Below the pieces are notes generated by a model. That model was not told the DNA's origin. It did not search any database and saw nothing but the letters and a program-made list of their open reading frames with translations. A DNA stretch of 64,000 nt from Eledone cirrhosa. Lineage: Eukaryota. The stretch is taken from positions 19,964,001 to 20,028,000 of the forward strand of contig OZ024746.1 of the NCBI GenBank assembly GCA_964016885.1, given 5' to 3'. Below are positions 63,834-64,000 of the stretch, in pieces; position 1 is the first letter of the stretch; the number at the start of each line of letters is the position of its first letter. The position numbers were made by a program, and so were the translations under genes.

Positions 63834-63942
63834 CCATCTGTAGTGTTTCTTCCATGGAAGGCATATTCCTGTAGGGGTTAAGGAAATACTTATAGAGAAG
63901 AGCGGCTGTGCATCCTCCAAGAATAGGTCCAACCCAATAAAT
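63834..63942 (-). CDS. Aquaporin (MIP family) exon encoding TM6 and proximal C-tail; rest of gene lies beyond the window
   Basis: Minus strand tttttgtatatttcag|ATT TAT TGG...ATG G|gtaagt: IYWVGPILGGCTAALLYKYFLNPYRNMPSMEETLQM, the canonical aquaporin (W)xYWVGP.xGG..A.xLY motif; phase 0 in, phase 1 out. Too short for the ORF track. Confidence 0.93.
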
Positions 63943-64000
63943 CTGAAATATACAAAAACGTGGTTACGGTTCTAGTGTCAAACAAAAATGACCCAAACGG

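Overview
Eukaryotic, AT-rich, repeat-saturated animal DNA, most consistent with an octopod cephalopod (inferred from the SINE, Penelope and microsatellite landscape, not from a search). Two convergent spliced genes can be assembled by hand. The first is a complete 7-coding-exon, 229-aa tetraspanin on + (32687-38248; all introns phase 0; CCG motif; 4-Cys, very short large loop), with a probable non-coding first exon ending at 18069. The second is the 3' end of an aquaporin on - (exon 63942-63834, IYWVGPILGG; probable terminal coding exon 52896-52796). The remainder is mobile-element debris: a near-intact 5'-truncated Penelope-like element (Naiad-type RT + GIY-YIG), CRE, RTE, L1/Tx1 and R4/NeSL-like LINE fragments, two tRNA-derived SINE families, mariner/pogo/piggyBac-type MITEs, two transposon-derived minisatellites with 4-mer higher-order structure, and many local fold-back duplications. 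The most notable signal is a set of at least seven type I hammerhead-ribozyme motifs sitting between (TA)n tracts. Several carry a non-canonical U.U at the base of stem II. Two lie in the sense orientation of the aquaporin intron, and one of these is locked inside a perfect 64-bp hairpin. All coordinates and folds were derived by eye; no searches were run.
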